Shown in pieces: positions 1 through 10,970 of a stretch of DNA of 64,000 bases (positions are counted from its first letter, which is position 1; each line of letters begins with the position of its first letter). The stretch is taken from assembly GCA_032718475.1 (NCBI GenBank), contig JAUCBJ010007430.1:61880-125879 (forward strand), given 5' to 3'. The position numbers and the translations under genes were made by a program. The notes under the pieces were generated by a model, which saw nothing but the letters and a program-made list of their open reading frames with translations, did not search any database and was not told the DNA's origin. The stretch comes from Nemertoderma westbladi (lineage: Eukaryota > Animalia > Xenacoelomorpha).

Positions 1-404
1 GTGGATTAGCTGCTCCTTGTGACTTATCATACTTCTCGCTACACACGTCGTGTCATGTTTTGTCGAATGTAGTGTAGTATGGTCTAGGTCGTGTGAAAAG
101 GAATGAGTCGAAGTTGTAGTTAATAAACTACATGTACTTTGTATATCGTCTTCTCGTCACTTATATCCAGTGTGCGCACAGGCGCTCGAGTATACCACCC
201 TATCGGCGTTCTACAGGCGTATGCGTTTCCCGCTACGACTGCCGATGGTCTGGTTTCCCACACTTGATGTAGGTTGAATTGATCTGTCCCGATCAGCATT
301 GCTACCGATCTATAATTGACAGGACATTCAGGTACACCAAGGTGTCTGAAATACTTACGGTCCTCTAGAGATTGCTCTGGGACAGGACCTAGTAGGTTAC
401 AAAG

Positions 405-2523
405 TTAGTCCACAAAGGTGTGCCAATGTTTCGAGTTACCTGAAAACTTCGGTGGTTGTTGCACCGGTAAACCTTGTCTCGCTGCGAATTTCGCTATCTC
501 CTCGGCCACGTTCAAAGTTTCGCGTCCTTGGTTGGCAATCGAGTTGATGTTCTCTCGTCTTGGCGCTTTTCCTTGATACGAGGTGTTTCTCGAGGGTTGT
601 TTTCTTTGCTGCTTCGGGTGTCTAAAGTGTTCGAACTCGTTACCTCGCGAACTATCAGTTTGAGTTTCCTCTAAACGTTCCTCTATCTGGGCCAACTTGT
701 CTACAACTGGGCGCATTATTTCGGCGAGTTGTTGCGTACTAATTGCGTCCGTTGGTTGTAACGCTTTCTGTGTTGGTGTATTTTGTGGAGGATTATCGAT
801 AAAGGAGTTATCTGAACGCTCACGTTTATATTCGTCGGCCGCTCCTGTTCTAAATACCTCACGTTTCGGGTAATCCGATTCACTCGAAGTACTACTATCA
901 CCTGGATACGGTGGCTGACGTGCTCGTGTCCGTTGTGTCGTTCGAATTCTAACATTCCGTTTTGGAACATCGTCCACTGTTCTCCGTTGTTCAGTAGGCT
1001 CACAAGTCTTCCTCGAAGTCATAGATTGCGATGTAAACTGATTAAACGGTCGCGTATCCACTGGTCTCCGTTGTTCGGTAGGCTCACAAGTCTTCCTCGA
1101 AGTCGTAGATTGCGATGTAAACTGATTAAACGGTGGTCGGACGACAGCGTTTGAATCAAAAGGCTGTGTAGGCCTAAACGTCATTGGGTACGTGTAGTGC
1201 GTAATGGGTTTTGGTGTCGAAGATTGACTCACCTGTTTTGTCGTCAGTAGTGCAGGTCCGGTCAACAATGTAATCGGTGTAATCAGTGGGTTACTTACCT
1301 TGACTTTCAGAATGGGCGACGACGTTGCTCTTGGCGGTGTAAACTTGTCCGGAATAACAAACCTGTGTTCCGTCGCACCATGGATAGGAGAAATATTACT
1401 ACTACCAGCAATCGAAACAGGTTTCTTAGTCGTAATCGGTGCAAACATAGGAGTTACTTGAGGGAATCTTTGACATAAGTCTTTGACCAATTGTCTTTCT
1501 CGCCCAGGTGCCCCTACACTTCCTTCCTTCATTCGTTCCTGAATTTGGCGGTGCCTTACCTCTATCTGGTCCAAATCATGTCCGTCACGAGATCTCATCG
1601 ATCGATCGCGGGCTTGTAGATCCAGATCTTCCTTCGCATTGGCTAATTCTCTCGCCTTCTTCTCGAGTTCGAAATGAAGTTTAACTTCTTTCTCGCGTTG
1701 TTCCGTCTGTTGTTGTTGCGCCTCGAACTCCGCTTGTCGTATAGCTGATTGAGCCTTTATTTGCCGTTTTTTCATCTCGGCTCTCGCTTCTGAAACTAAC
1801 CTTTGTCGCTCTAGCTCGGCCGCTGCTGCTGCCGCTTGTCGCTCTAACTCGGCCACTGCTGTTCGTTGCGCTAACTCGGCCGCTGCCGCTTGTTGTGCAA
1901 TGTCCAACTCTAGCCTTTCCATTTTGGCTGCTTCCAACTCGGCCTGTTCTTGCAGATTAGAGATTCTCGCAACATTCGCAACGCGTAGTTTCTCTTCCTC
2001 TGCTGCCGCTTGTATCATTAGAAGTTGAGTTTGTTCCTCCATCTCCTGTTGTTGTCTGTCGAACTGTTGTTGCTGTTGAGAAATTTCTGACGTTACCATA
2101 CTTACCTCGTTAATTTCACTACGAATACTTACCAACGATTGATCAAGTATTCCCGGTGCCAGCTCGATTTGTGCGAGTGAAGTTTCCCTCGTAGCCTCTG
2201 GCACGGTTTCCCAATCTCCGACGTCTTCGCCGCACATACGTAAGTGGTCCGTCAGATGTTTCAATTGTCCATCTAGTCGGTACAGTTCCTGTTCTTCCTC
2301 GGGCTGCAATAATTCGTCCGAAACTGACTCACCTAACAACTGGTCCGCTTGTTCCTGTTGTATCTGCCTAATCGTCGACTTAAACTGAATCAGTTTCTCT
2401 CTAGCGATCATTAGTTTCTCGAGGATTCTAAGTTGAGTATCCACGTCCTGTCTCTGTCTAGCTAGATCTTGTAGACCAATTAGATTATCTACGGACTTAT
2501 GTACTCTACTTTGTACTCTAACC
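405..2523 (-). pseudogene. gag: gag fragment of A' (coiled-coil region up to the PPKFSGNSKHW motif)
   Basis: ORF 405..2444 is near-identical to residues ~152-870 of the 8926..11757 ORF; truncated at both ends by deletions. Confidence 0.88.
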
Positions 2524-4389
2524 TGGATAAAATTAGCCTAAACGGCCAATTTTACAGCAAATAAATGTCACGGAATAAGTATATAATAAAATTAGCCTAG
2601 CGGCCAATTTTATAACAAATAAATCGGATAACGATATGCGTTATCAAAAGGTAAATTAAATACAATAATTACGGACTAATTCAGCAATGAACAAAGAAAT
2701 CGTACAGAATGCATAAATACTTGAGACAGTGGAACCCACAATAATTTTAACTAATACAGTAATGCCTAACTTATTTATGCAACTTTTCGAACTCACCCAC
2801 TCCAATGATTCTCCAGAAAAACAGATTCCCAGATACAAACCGGACGTGAACCTTTCCGTTTCCAGCGTTGCGGACGAAGTGCGATTTTCCCAACCAAAGT
2901 TGTTGGGTTATCTATCTCCCAAACTTGCTAAACACGGTCTTGCTCTCGTTACAGTCTAGAAATGAGTTCTGAATCCTGAAAAACAAAAGAGTTAGGTTTT
3001 ACTTTTACGAAAATTTTGTACCGGTATAATATGGTATTTAAACCCTTTTTAAACACCGGTATTCAATTCCAAATATTTTACACGCGGTTCAAATCAAATT
3101 TTATTTCAAAAAAAAAATTAGCACTTATATACACTTATATAAACTTTTACCTCAAAATACAAAATTTTCAAATAACTTTAGTCCTACCGAACCGTAGTTC
3201 AGTAAAACATATTCCTACTATTCTAGGAAATATGTTAAATAATACACATATTCCTACTATGCGAAGAGACAGTAACAATACCTGCAATATCCTACTGTAA
3301 AGTTTGTGAATCAAATCATAAATCCGACCTTCTCACCAAAATAGTAAACTCCAAGTAGGCGAATATATATTGCAGTATCGGTCCCTTATAACCGGTGAGG
3401 CAGAAAACAGTCTACGAACAGACAAACTTCGATAAAACAAAATCCCGCGCAGCGAATCCTAAAATCAGGCTGACTCACTGACGGACTAAGGGGCTTGTAT
3501 ACTTTGCCGCGGTGTGATTTATATGGTTGGGCGAAAAGGACGCTAGCTAGGTGCAGAGATCTGGAGAGGTCTAACTAGCGGACAAAGTGCAGTACAGACA
3601 AAAGTTAATTTTATATATTTTGAGGTGTAAATAATTTCTAACGCGCGTGTTAATTCTGAACAGTCAAGATCAGTTTTGCTCCTTCATATATATAATTACT
3701 GGGTACGGTGTGCATTTTACACATATTCTAATTTTGTAACTTGTAGGTCCAATACTCACGAATGATAAGGCTCCTTCCCCTCTTGCGTATTTCCAGGACT
3801 CAAATTCAGGCATAAGGTTAATACTACGCCCAGAATTCGGCAATTTTTTATTTACCAGGTCCCTAATACTAAGAAGAAATGTGTTAGTTTACTACAGTAG
3901 GCGTACGGTTACTAATAGCTAGCCTGGCGTCCTATCTAGAATTTTTGTTACCTAGGTGGGCTTGGTAACTTCCTATCAGGATGTCGGCGGGGACACGGTA
4001 GATGTTAGTATCCCTAATAGCCTCAATTTATTTGCGCCTAGTCGTAAACTGCCCTACCGCCTGAACGGTACAATCCCAATTCAGGTGAAACACAGTAACC
4101 CTCCTGGCCTACAAGTTCTAATGCAATGGACACCGTTGTACTACAAATAGTCACAGACGCACCTGTACTTAGCAAGAGTTAGGCGTACAGTTTGCTGCAC
4201 CCTACCAATGTGTATGCTTTGTACCGGTGTGCCTACGTCCTATCTGCGTACTAGTATCTCTGCCTGCTCTCTCCCTCCCCGTAGGAATATGAAGGTCTAC
4301 TGCGGTTTTTTCCTGAATTAAAACAGTACAGTCCCTAGATGTAATTTTAGGCGTACAGCGTGTCACTACCTCTACCTTCGATCTTTAGT

Positions 4390-5119
4390 CTTATTCTTAG
4401 GTAGCAAGGCATCGAACGCTGTCTAACCTTTCAGGCGATGGGCGAATAACTAAGAGTGATATTGCGGGTTGTCTCCTGTCTACATTCCTTAGATGTTCCC
4501 GTTCATTGCTGTGGCCCGATGTTTAGCCAGCCATCCTGTCCCTTAGTTGGGTTCACCGTGGTGAAGCATAGTAAAACAGATAGAAAAGGGCAGATGTGAC
4601 AAGTATTTCTAACTTTTATTACAAAATCAAACAATAACTATTATACAATAAACAGATGAGAAATAATAGTGATGTAGAGAAGAATCGCACCTTTTATACC
4701 AAATTTGTGCTGCAATCAATCGAGAAAATTCTCGATTGTTCTATAGGTTCTAACAGGTTTTTAAAGATAGCTATTGGTCCAGCAAATATATAACTTGTAC
4801 GACATTGGTTACAATCTAATAACTACAATCTCATTGGTTAACCTTACTTCGAGCAAATGCAATTAATTTGTAGCGGTCAATTTAAATGAGTTGAAATTCT
4901 GCACAAAAAATAATTCGCACCTACTAGGATTCGAACTCAATACACACTACATATAATTTCCAACGCTCTACCGACTGAGCTACTGAACCATTTGACTAAT
5001 CATCGTACAAATAGATATAGCAAATACAAATGAGGACTTAATGTAATCTTTTAACAAAGTTAATTCGAATAAAATAAAAATTTTGAAAATCCACGGCATT
5101 TAGAGAATATAATTCTATA
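4390..5119 (-). repeat. 5' LTR of A' (U5 end undefined; at least this long)
   Basis: Starts TATAGAATTATATTC on the minus strand; matches 6218-6986 and 22415-23233. Confidence 0.85.
4915..4989 (-). promoter_or_regulatory. tRNA-derived Pol III type-2 promoter module in LTR A
   Basis: A box TAGCTCAGTCGG with intact D-arm GCTC...GAGC and B box GAGTTCGAATCC; acceptor, anticodon and T stems do not pair. Confidence 0.75.
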
Positions 5120-6217
5120 GTTTAGGAGACACATATACATAACGTTGTTTAGTAGACACAAATACATAACGTTGTTTAGGAGACATATATACATAACGTT
5201 GTTTAGGAGATACATATACATAACGTTGTTTAGGAGACACATATACATAATGTTGTTTAGTAGACATATATACATAACGTTGTTTAGTAGACACATATAC
5301 ATAACGTTGTTTAGTAGACACAAATACATAACATTGTTTAGGAGACATATACAGATAACGTTGTTTAGAAGATACATATACATAACGTTGTTTAGGAGAC
5401 ATATACAGATAACGTTGTTTAGAAGATACATATACATAACCTTGTTTAGGAGACATATATACATAACGTTGTTTAGGAGACACATATACATAACGTTGTT
5501 TAGGAGACACATATACATAACGTTGTTTAGGAGATACATATACATAACGTTGTTTAGGAGACACATATACATAATGTTGTTTAGTAGACATATATACATA
5601 ACGTTGTTTAGTAGACACATATACATAACGTTGTTTAGTAGACACAAATACATAACATTGTTTAGGAGACATATACAGATAACGTTGTTTAGAAGATACA
5701 TATACATAACGTTGTTTAGGAGACATATATACATAACGTTGTTTAGGAGACACATATACATAACGTTGTTTAGGAGACACATATACATAACGTTGTTTAG
5801 GAGACACATATACATAACGTTGTTTAGTAGACACAAATACATAACGTTGTTTAGGAGACATATATACATAACGTTGTTTAGGAGATACATATACATAACG
5901 TTGTTTAGGAGACACATATACATAATGTTGTTTAGTAGACATATATACATAACGTTGTTTAGGAGGCACATATACAAAACGTTGTTTAGGAGACACATAT
6001 ATATACATAACGTTGTTTAGGAGACACATATACATTACGATGTTTAGGAGACACATATAAATAATGTTGTTTAGGAGACACATATACATAACGTTGTTTA
6101 GTAGACACAAATACATAACGTTGTTTAGGAGACATATATACATAACGTTGTTTAGGAGATACATATACATAACGTTGTTTAGGAGACACATATACATAAC
6201 GTTGTTTAGGAGACACA
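5120..6217. repeat. 27-bp tandem satellite, about 41 units, consensus ~CATATACATAACGTTGTTTAGGAGACA
   Basis: Read directly; gives a 9-aa periodicity (MCLLNNVMY) in the ORF track; no unique spacers. Confidence 0.97.
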
Positions 6218-6344
6218 TATATAATTATATTCCCTAAATGCCGTGGATTTTCAAAATTTTATTTTATTCGAATTAACTTTGCTAAAGATTACATTAAGTC
6301 CTCATTTGTATTTGCTATATCTATTGTACGATGTTTAGTCAAGT

Positions 6345-6419
6345 GGTTCAGTAGCTCAGTCGGTAGAGCGTTGGAAATTATATGTAGTGTGTATTGAGTT
6401 CGAATCCTAGTAGGTGCGA
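6345..6419 (+). promoter_or_regulatory. tRNA-derived Pol III promoter module in LTR A (U3)
   Basis: GGTTCAGTAGCTCAGTCGGTAGAGCG...GAGTTCGAATCC; A box 6352-6363, B box 6396-6407. Confidence 0.75.
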
Positions 6420-6494
6420 ATTATTTTTTGTGCAGAATTTCAACTCATTTAAATTGACCGCTACAAATTAAATTGCATTTGTCTCGTACCTAGA

Positions 6495-6762
6495 TTAACC
6501 AATGGGACTGTAGTTATTAGATTGTAACCAATGTCGTACAAGTTATATATTTGCTGGACCAATAGCTATCTTTAAAAACCTGTTACGAACCTATAGAACA
6601 ATCGAGAATTTTCTCGATTGATTGCGGCACAAATTTGGTATAAAAGGTGCGATTTCGTTCATTAGTTATCTTCTCATATCTTCATATCCCTCATTAGTTA
6701 TACATCACTATTACTTCTATTCTGTTTATTGTATAATAGTTATTGTTTGATTTTGTAATAAA
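6495..6762 (+). promoter_or_regulatory. LTR A Pol II promoter and polyA signal: three CCAAT boxes, HSE-like palindrome, TATAAAAGG, AATAAA
   Basis: CCAAT at ~6499, 6528 and 6559; CAATCGAGAA-TT-TTCTCGATTG at 6599-6620; TATA at 6639-6647; AATAAA at 6757-6762; all retained in the other A LTRs. Confidence 0.6.
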
Positions 6763-9700
6763 AGTTAGAAATACTTGTCACATCTGCCCTTTTCTATCTG
6801 TTTTATCATGCTTCACCACGGTGAACTCAACTGAGGGACAGGATGGCTGGCTAGACATCGGGCCGCAGCAATGAACGGGAACATCAAAGGAATGTAGACA
6901 GGAGACAACCCGCAATATCATCTTAGTTATTCGCCCATCGCCTGAAAGGTTAGACAGCGTTCGATGCCTTGCTACCTAAGTATAAGACCAAAGATCGAAG
7001 GTAGAGGTAGTGACACGCTGTACGCCTAAAATTACATCTAGGGACTGTACTGTTTTAATTCAGGAAAAAACCGCAGTAGACCTTCATATTCCTACGGGGG
7101 GAGAGCAGGCAGAGATACTAGTACGCAGATAGGACGTAGGCACACCGGTACAAAGCATACACATTGGTAGGGTGCAGCAAACTGTACGCCTAACTCTTGC
7201 TAAGTACAGGTGCGTCTGTGACTATTTGTAGTACAACGGTGTCCATTGCATTAGAACTTGTAGGCTAGGAGGGTTACTGTGTTTCACCTGAATTAGGATT
7301 GTACCGTTCAGGCGGTAGGGCAGTTTACGACTAGGCGCAAATAAATTGAGGCTATTAGGGATACTAACATCTACCGTGTCCCCGCCGACATCCTGATAGG
7401 AAGTTACCAAGCCCACCTAGGTAACCAAAATTCTAGATAGGACGCCAGGCTAGCTATTAGTAACCGTACGCCTACTGTAGTAAACTAACACATTTCTTCT
7501 TAGTATTAGGGACCTGGTAAATTAAAATTGCCGAATTCTGGGCGTAGCATTAACCTTATGCCTGAATTTGAGTCCTGGAAATACGCAAGAGGGGAAGGAG
7601 CCTTATCATTCGTGAGTATTGGCCCTACAAGTTACAAAATTAGAATATTCGTAAAATGCACACCGTACCCAGTAATTATATATATGAAGGAGCAAAACTG
7701 ATCTTGACGGTTCAGAATTAACACACGCGCGTTAGAAATTATTTACACCTCAAAATATATAAAATTAACTTTTGTCCGTACTGCACTTTGCCCGCTAGTT
7801 AGACATCTCCAAAATCTCTGCACCTAGCTAGCGTCCCTTTCGCCCAACCATATAAATCACACCGCGGCAAAGTATACGAGCCCCTTAGTCCGTCAGTGAG
7901 TCAGCCTGATTTTAGGATTCGCTGCGCGGGATTTTGTTTTATCGAAGTTTGTCTGCTCGTAGACTGTTTTCTGCCTCACCGGTTATAAGGGACCAATACT
8001 GCAATATATTCGCTTACTTGGAGTTTACTGTTTTGGTGAGAAGGTCGGATTTATGATTTGATTCACAAACTTTACAGTAAGATATTGCAGGTATTGTTAC
8101 TGTCTCTTCGAATTAGTAGGAATATGTTTTACTGAACTACGGTTCGGTAGGACTAAAGTTATTTGAAAATTTTGTATTTTGAGGTAAAAGTTTATATTTG
8201 ATTAGCTAAGTGCTAATTTTTTGAAATAAAATTTGATTTGAACCGCGTGTAAAATATTTTGGAATTGAATACCGGTGTTTAAAAGGGTTTAAATACCATA
8301 TTGTACCGGTACAAAATTTTCGTAAAAGTAAAACCTAACTCTTTTGTTTTTCAGGATTCAGAACTCATTTCTAGACTGTAACGGGAGCAAGACCGTGTTT
8401 AGCAAGTTTGGGAGATAGATAACCCAACAACTTTGGTTGGGAAAATCGCACTTCGTCCGCAACGCTGGAAACGGAAAGGTTCACGTCCGGTTTGTATCTG
8501 GGAATCTGTTTTTCTGGAGAATTATTGGAGTGGGTGAGTTCGAAAAGTTGCATAAATAAGTTAGGCATTACCGTATTAGTTAAAATTATTGTGGGTTCCA
8601 CTGTCTCAAGTATTTATGCATTCCGTATGATTTCTTTGTTCATTGCTGAATTAGTCCGTATTATTGTATTTAATTTACCTTTTGATAACGCATATCGTTA
8701 TCCGATTTATTTGTTATAAAATTGGCCGCTAGGCTAATTTTATTATATACTTATTCCGTGACATTTATTTGCTGTAAAATTGGCCGTTTAGGCTAATTTT
8801 ATCCATCTGCTATAAAATCGGCCGGTAGGCTAATTTTATATGACTGTAATTAGTACCGTTTAAATATAAATACGGTAAATTTGATACTTTGACACTCACA
8901 TTTTACTTGACTTACAACTACCGAAATGAGTGACAAACAAGACTATACGAAGAATACACCTACCGACTATGACTCATGTGACGCGGATAAGTCAGCAGCG
9001 GAAGAACTACAGGGGAAGACTCGCGAGCCTACCGAACCTACACCGTGTGCGTCACCAGTACATCCAACGGGAGTACCGGATGCCGTAGTACGAGGCGACG
9101 GCAGGACCGAGGACTTTCTAACTGTTCCGCAACCTAGATACAGGGAAACGGACATGGTAAGTTCAGTAGGAAGCCAGGAGAGCGTGGTTAGAAGCGTCGG
9201 CGGCTACATGGCGCATATTACCAGGAGTATTGGAGAAGGCCAACGCATATTAGACGAGTTGACCGCTCCGATGTCTCGGTTTGAGTTCTACACCCTCCAG
9301 GTTAGAGTACAAAGTAGAGTACATAAGTCCGTAGATAACCTTATCAGTCTACAAGATCTAGCTAGACAGAGACAGGACATGGATACTCAACTTAGAATCC
9401 TCGAGAAACTAATGATCGCTAGAGAGAAACTGATTCAGTTTAAGTCGACGATTAGGCAGATACAACAGGAACAAGCGGACCAGTTGTTAGGTGAGTCAGT
9501 TTCGGACGAATTATTGCAACCCGAGGAAGAACAGGAACTGTATAGGCTGGATGGACAATTGAAACACCTGACGGATCACTTACGCATGTGCGGCGAGGAC
9601 GTCGGAGATTGGGAAACCGTGCCGGAGGCTACGAGGGAAACTTCACTCGCACAAATCGAACTGGTACCAGGAATACTAAATCAATCGTTGGTAAGTATTC

Positions 9701-10721
9701 GTAGCGAAATTGGCGAGGGAAGTATGGTCACGTCAGAAGTTGCTCGACAACAGCAACAGTTCTACAGACAGCAACACGAAATGGAAGAACAAACTCAACT
9801 GCTAATAATACAAGCAGCGGTAGAGGAAGAGAAAATACGTGTAGCGAATGTAGCGAGAATCTCTCATCTGCAGGAACAAGCTGAACTAGAAGCAGCCGGA
9901 ATGGAAAGGTTAGAGTTGGACATTGCCCAACAAGCGGCGGCAGCCGAGTTAGCGCAACGAACGGCAGCAGCCGAGTTAGAGCGACAAACGGCAGCGGCAA
10001 TGGCAGCGTCAGAGTTAGAGCGACAAACGGCAGCGGCGGAGTTAGAGAGAAAAAGGTTAGTTTCAGAAGCCAGAGTCGAGATGAAGACACGGCAAATAAA
10101 GGCTCAATCAGCTATACGACAAGCGGAGTTCGAGGCGCAACAACAACAAACGGAACAACGAGAGAAGGAAGTTAAACTTCGTTTCGAACTCGAGAAGAAG
10201 GCGAGAGAATTAGCCAACGCGAAGGAAGATCTGGATCTACAAGCCCGCGATCGATCGATGAGATCTCGAGACGGACACGATTTAGACCGGTTAGAGGTAA
10301 GACACCGCCAAATTCAGGAACGAATGAAGGAAGGAAGTGTAGGGGCACCTGGGCGAGAAAGACAATTGGTTAAAGACTTATGTCAAAGATTCCCTCAAGT
10401 AACTCCTATGTTTGCACCGATTACGACTAAGAAACCTGTTTCGATTGCGGGTAGTAGTAATATTTCTCCTATCCATGGCGCGACGGAACACAGGTTTGTT
10501 ATTCCGGACGAGTTTACACCGCCAAGAGCAACGTCGTCGCCCATTCTGAAAGTCAAGGTAAGTAACCCACCGATTACAGATCATAGTAGTTTATTGACCG
10601 GACCTGCACTACTGACGACAAAACAGGTGAGTCAACCTTCGACACCAAAACCCGTTATGCACTACACGTACCCAATGACGTTTAGGCCTACAAGGCCTTT
10701 AGATTCAAACGCTGTCGTCCG

Positions 10722-10970
10722 ACCACCGTTAAACCAGTTTACATCGCAATCTACGACTTCGCGGAAGACTTGTGAGCCTACCGAACAAAGGAGACCAGTG
10801 GATACGCAACCGTTTAATCAGTTTACATTGCAATCTACAACCTCAAGGAAGACTTGTGAGCCTACCGAACAACGGAGACCAGTGGATACGCGACCGTTTA
10901 ATCAGTTTACATCGCAATCTACGACTTCGAGGAAGACTTGCGAGCCTACCGAACAACGGAGAACAGTGGA
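10722..10970 (+). repeat. 84-bp in-frame tandem repeat in gag (3 copies; 2 copies in A')
   Basis: Repeated peptide PFNQFTSQSTTSRKTCEPTEQRRPVDT. Confidence 0.9.

Larger units (their letters stand above)
1..5119 (-). mobile_element. Bel/Pao LTR retrotransposon family A, internally deleted copy (A'), cut by the window edge
   Basis: Reverse complement of ~6218-13360 at high identity. Two internal deletions, with junctions at ~2523 (microhomology TCCA; removes the gag ATG) and ~404 (microhomology GGACT; removes ~1.4 kb of gag C-terminus and protease start). Confidence 0.92.
6218..6986 (+). repeat. 5' LTR of element A (minimum extent)
   Basis: Direct repeat of 22415-23233. The true U5 end cannot be fixed because the 3' copy is cut by an insertion. 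Confidence 0.85.

Noticed and set aside
5060-6218. Long ORFs and a CRISPR-like appearance in the tandem array
   Set aside because: Stop-free frames are a by-product of the 27-bp unit; there are no unique spacers or cas genes, and the context is eukaryotic.
6345-6419. Functional tRNA gene
   Set aside because: Only the D-arm and the A/B boxes are present; acceptor, anticodon and T stems do not pair.
6986-7460. LTR A 3' end and a PBS (tRNA-type or self-priming)
   Set aside because: Candidate ends (GTGACA ~7015, ATTACA 7036, TACACA-TTGG ~7163) gave no convincing tRNA match and no more than ~8 nt complementarity to the LTR; left unresolved.
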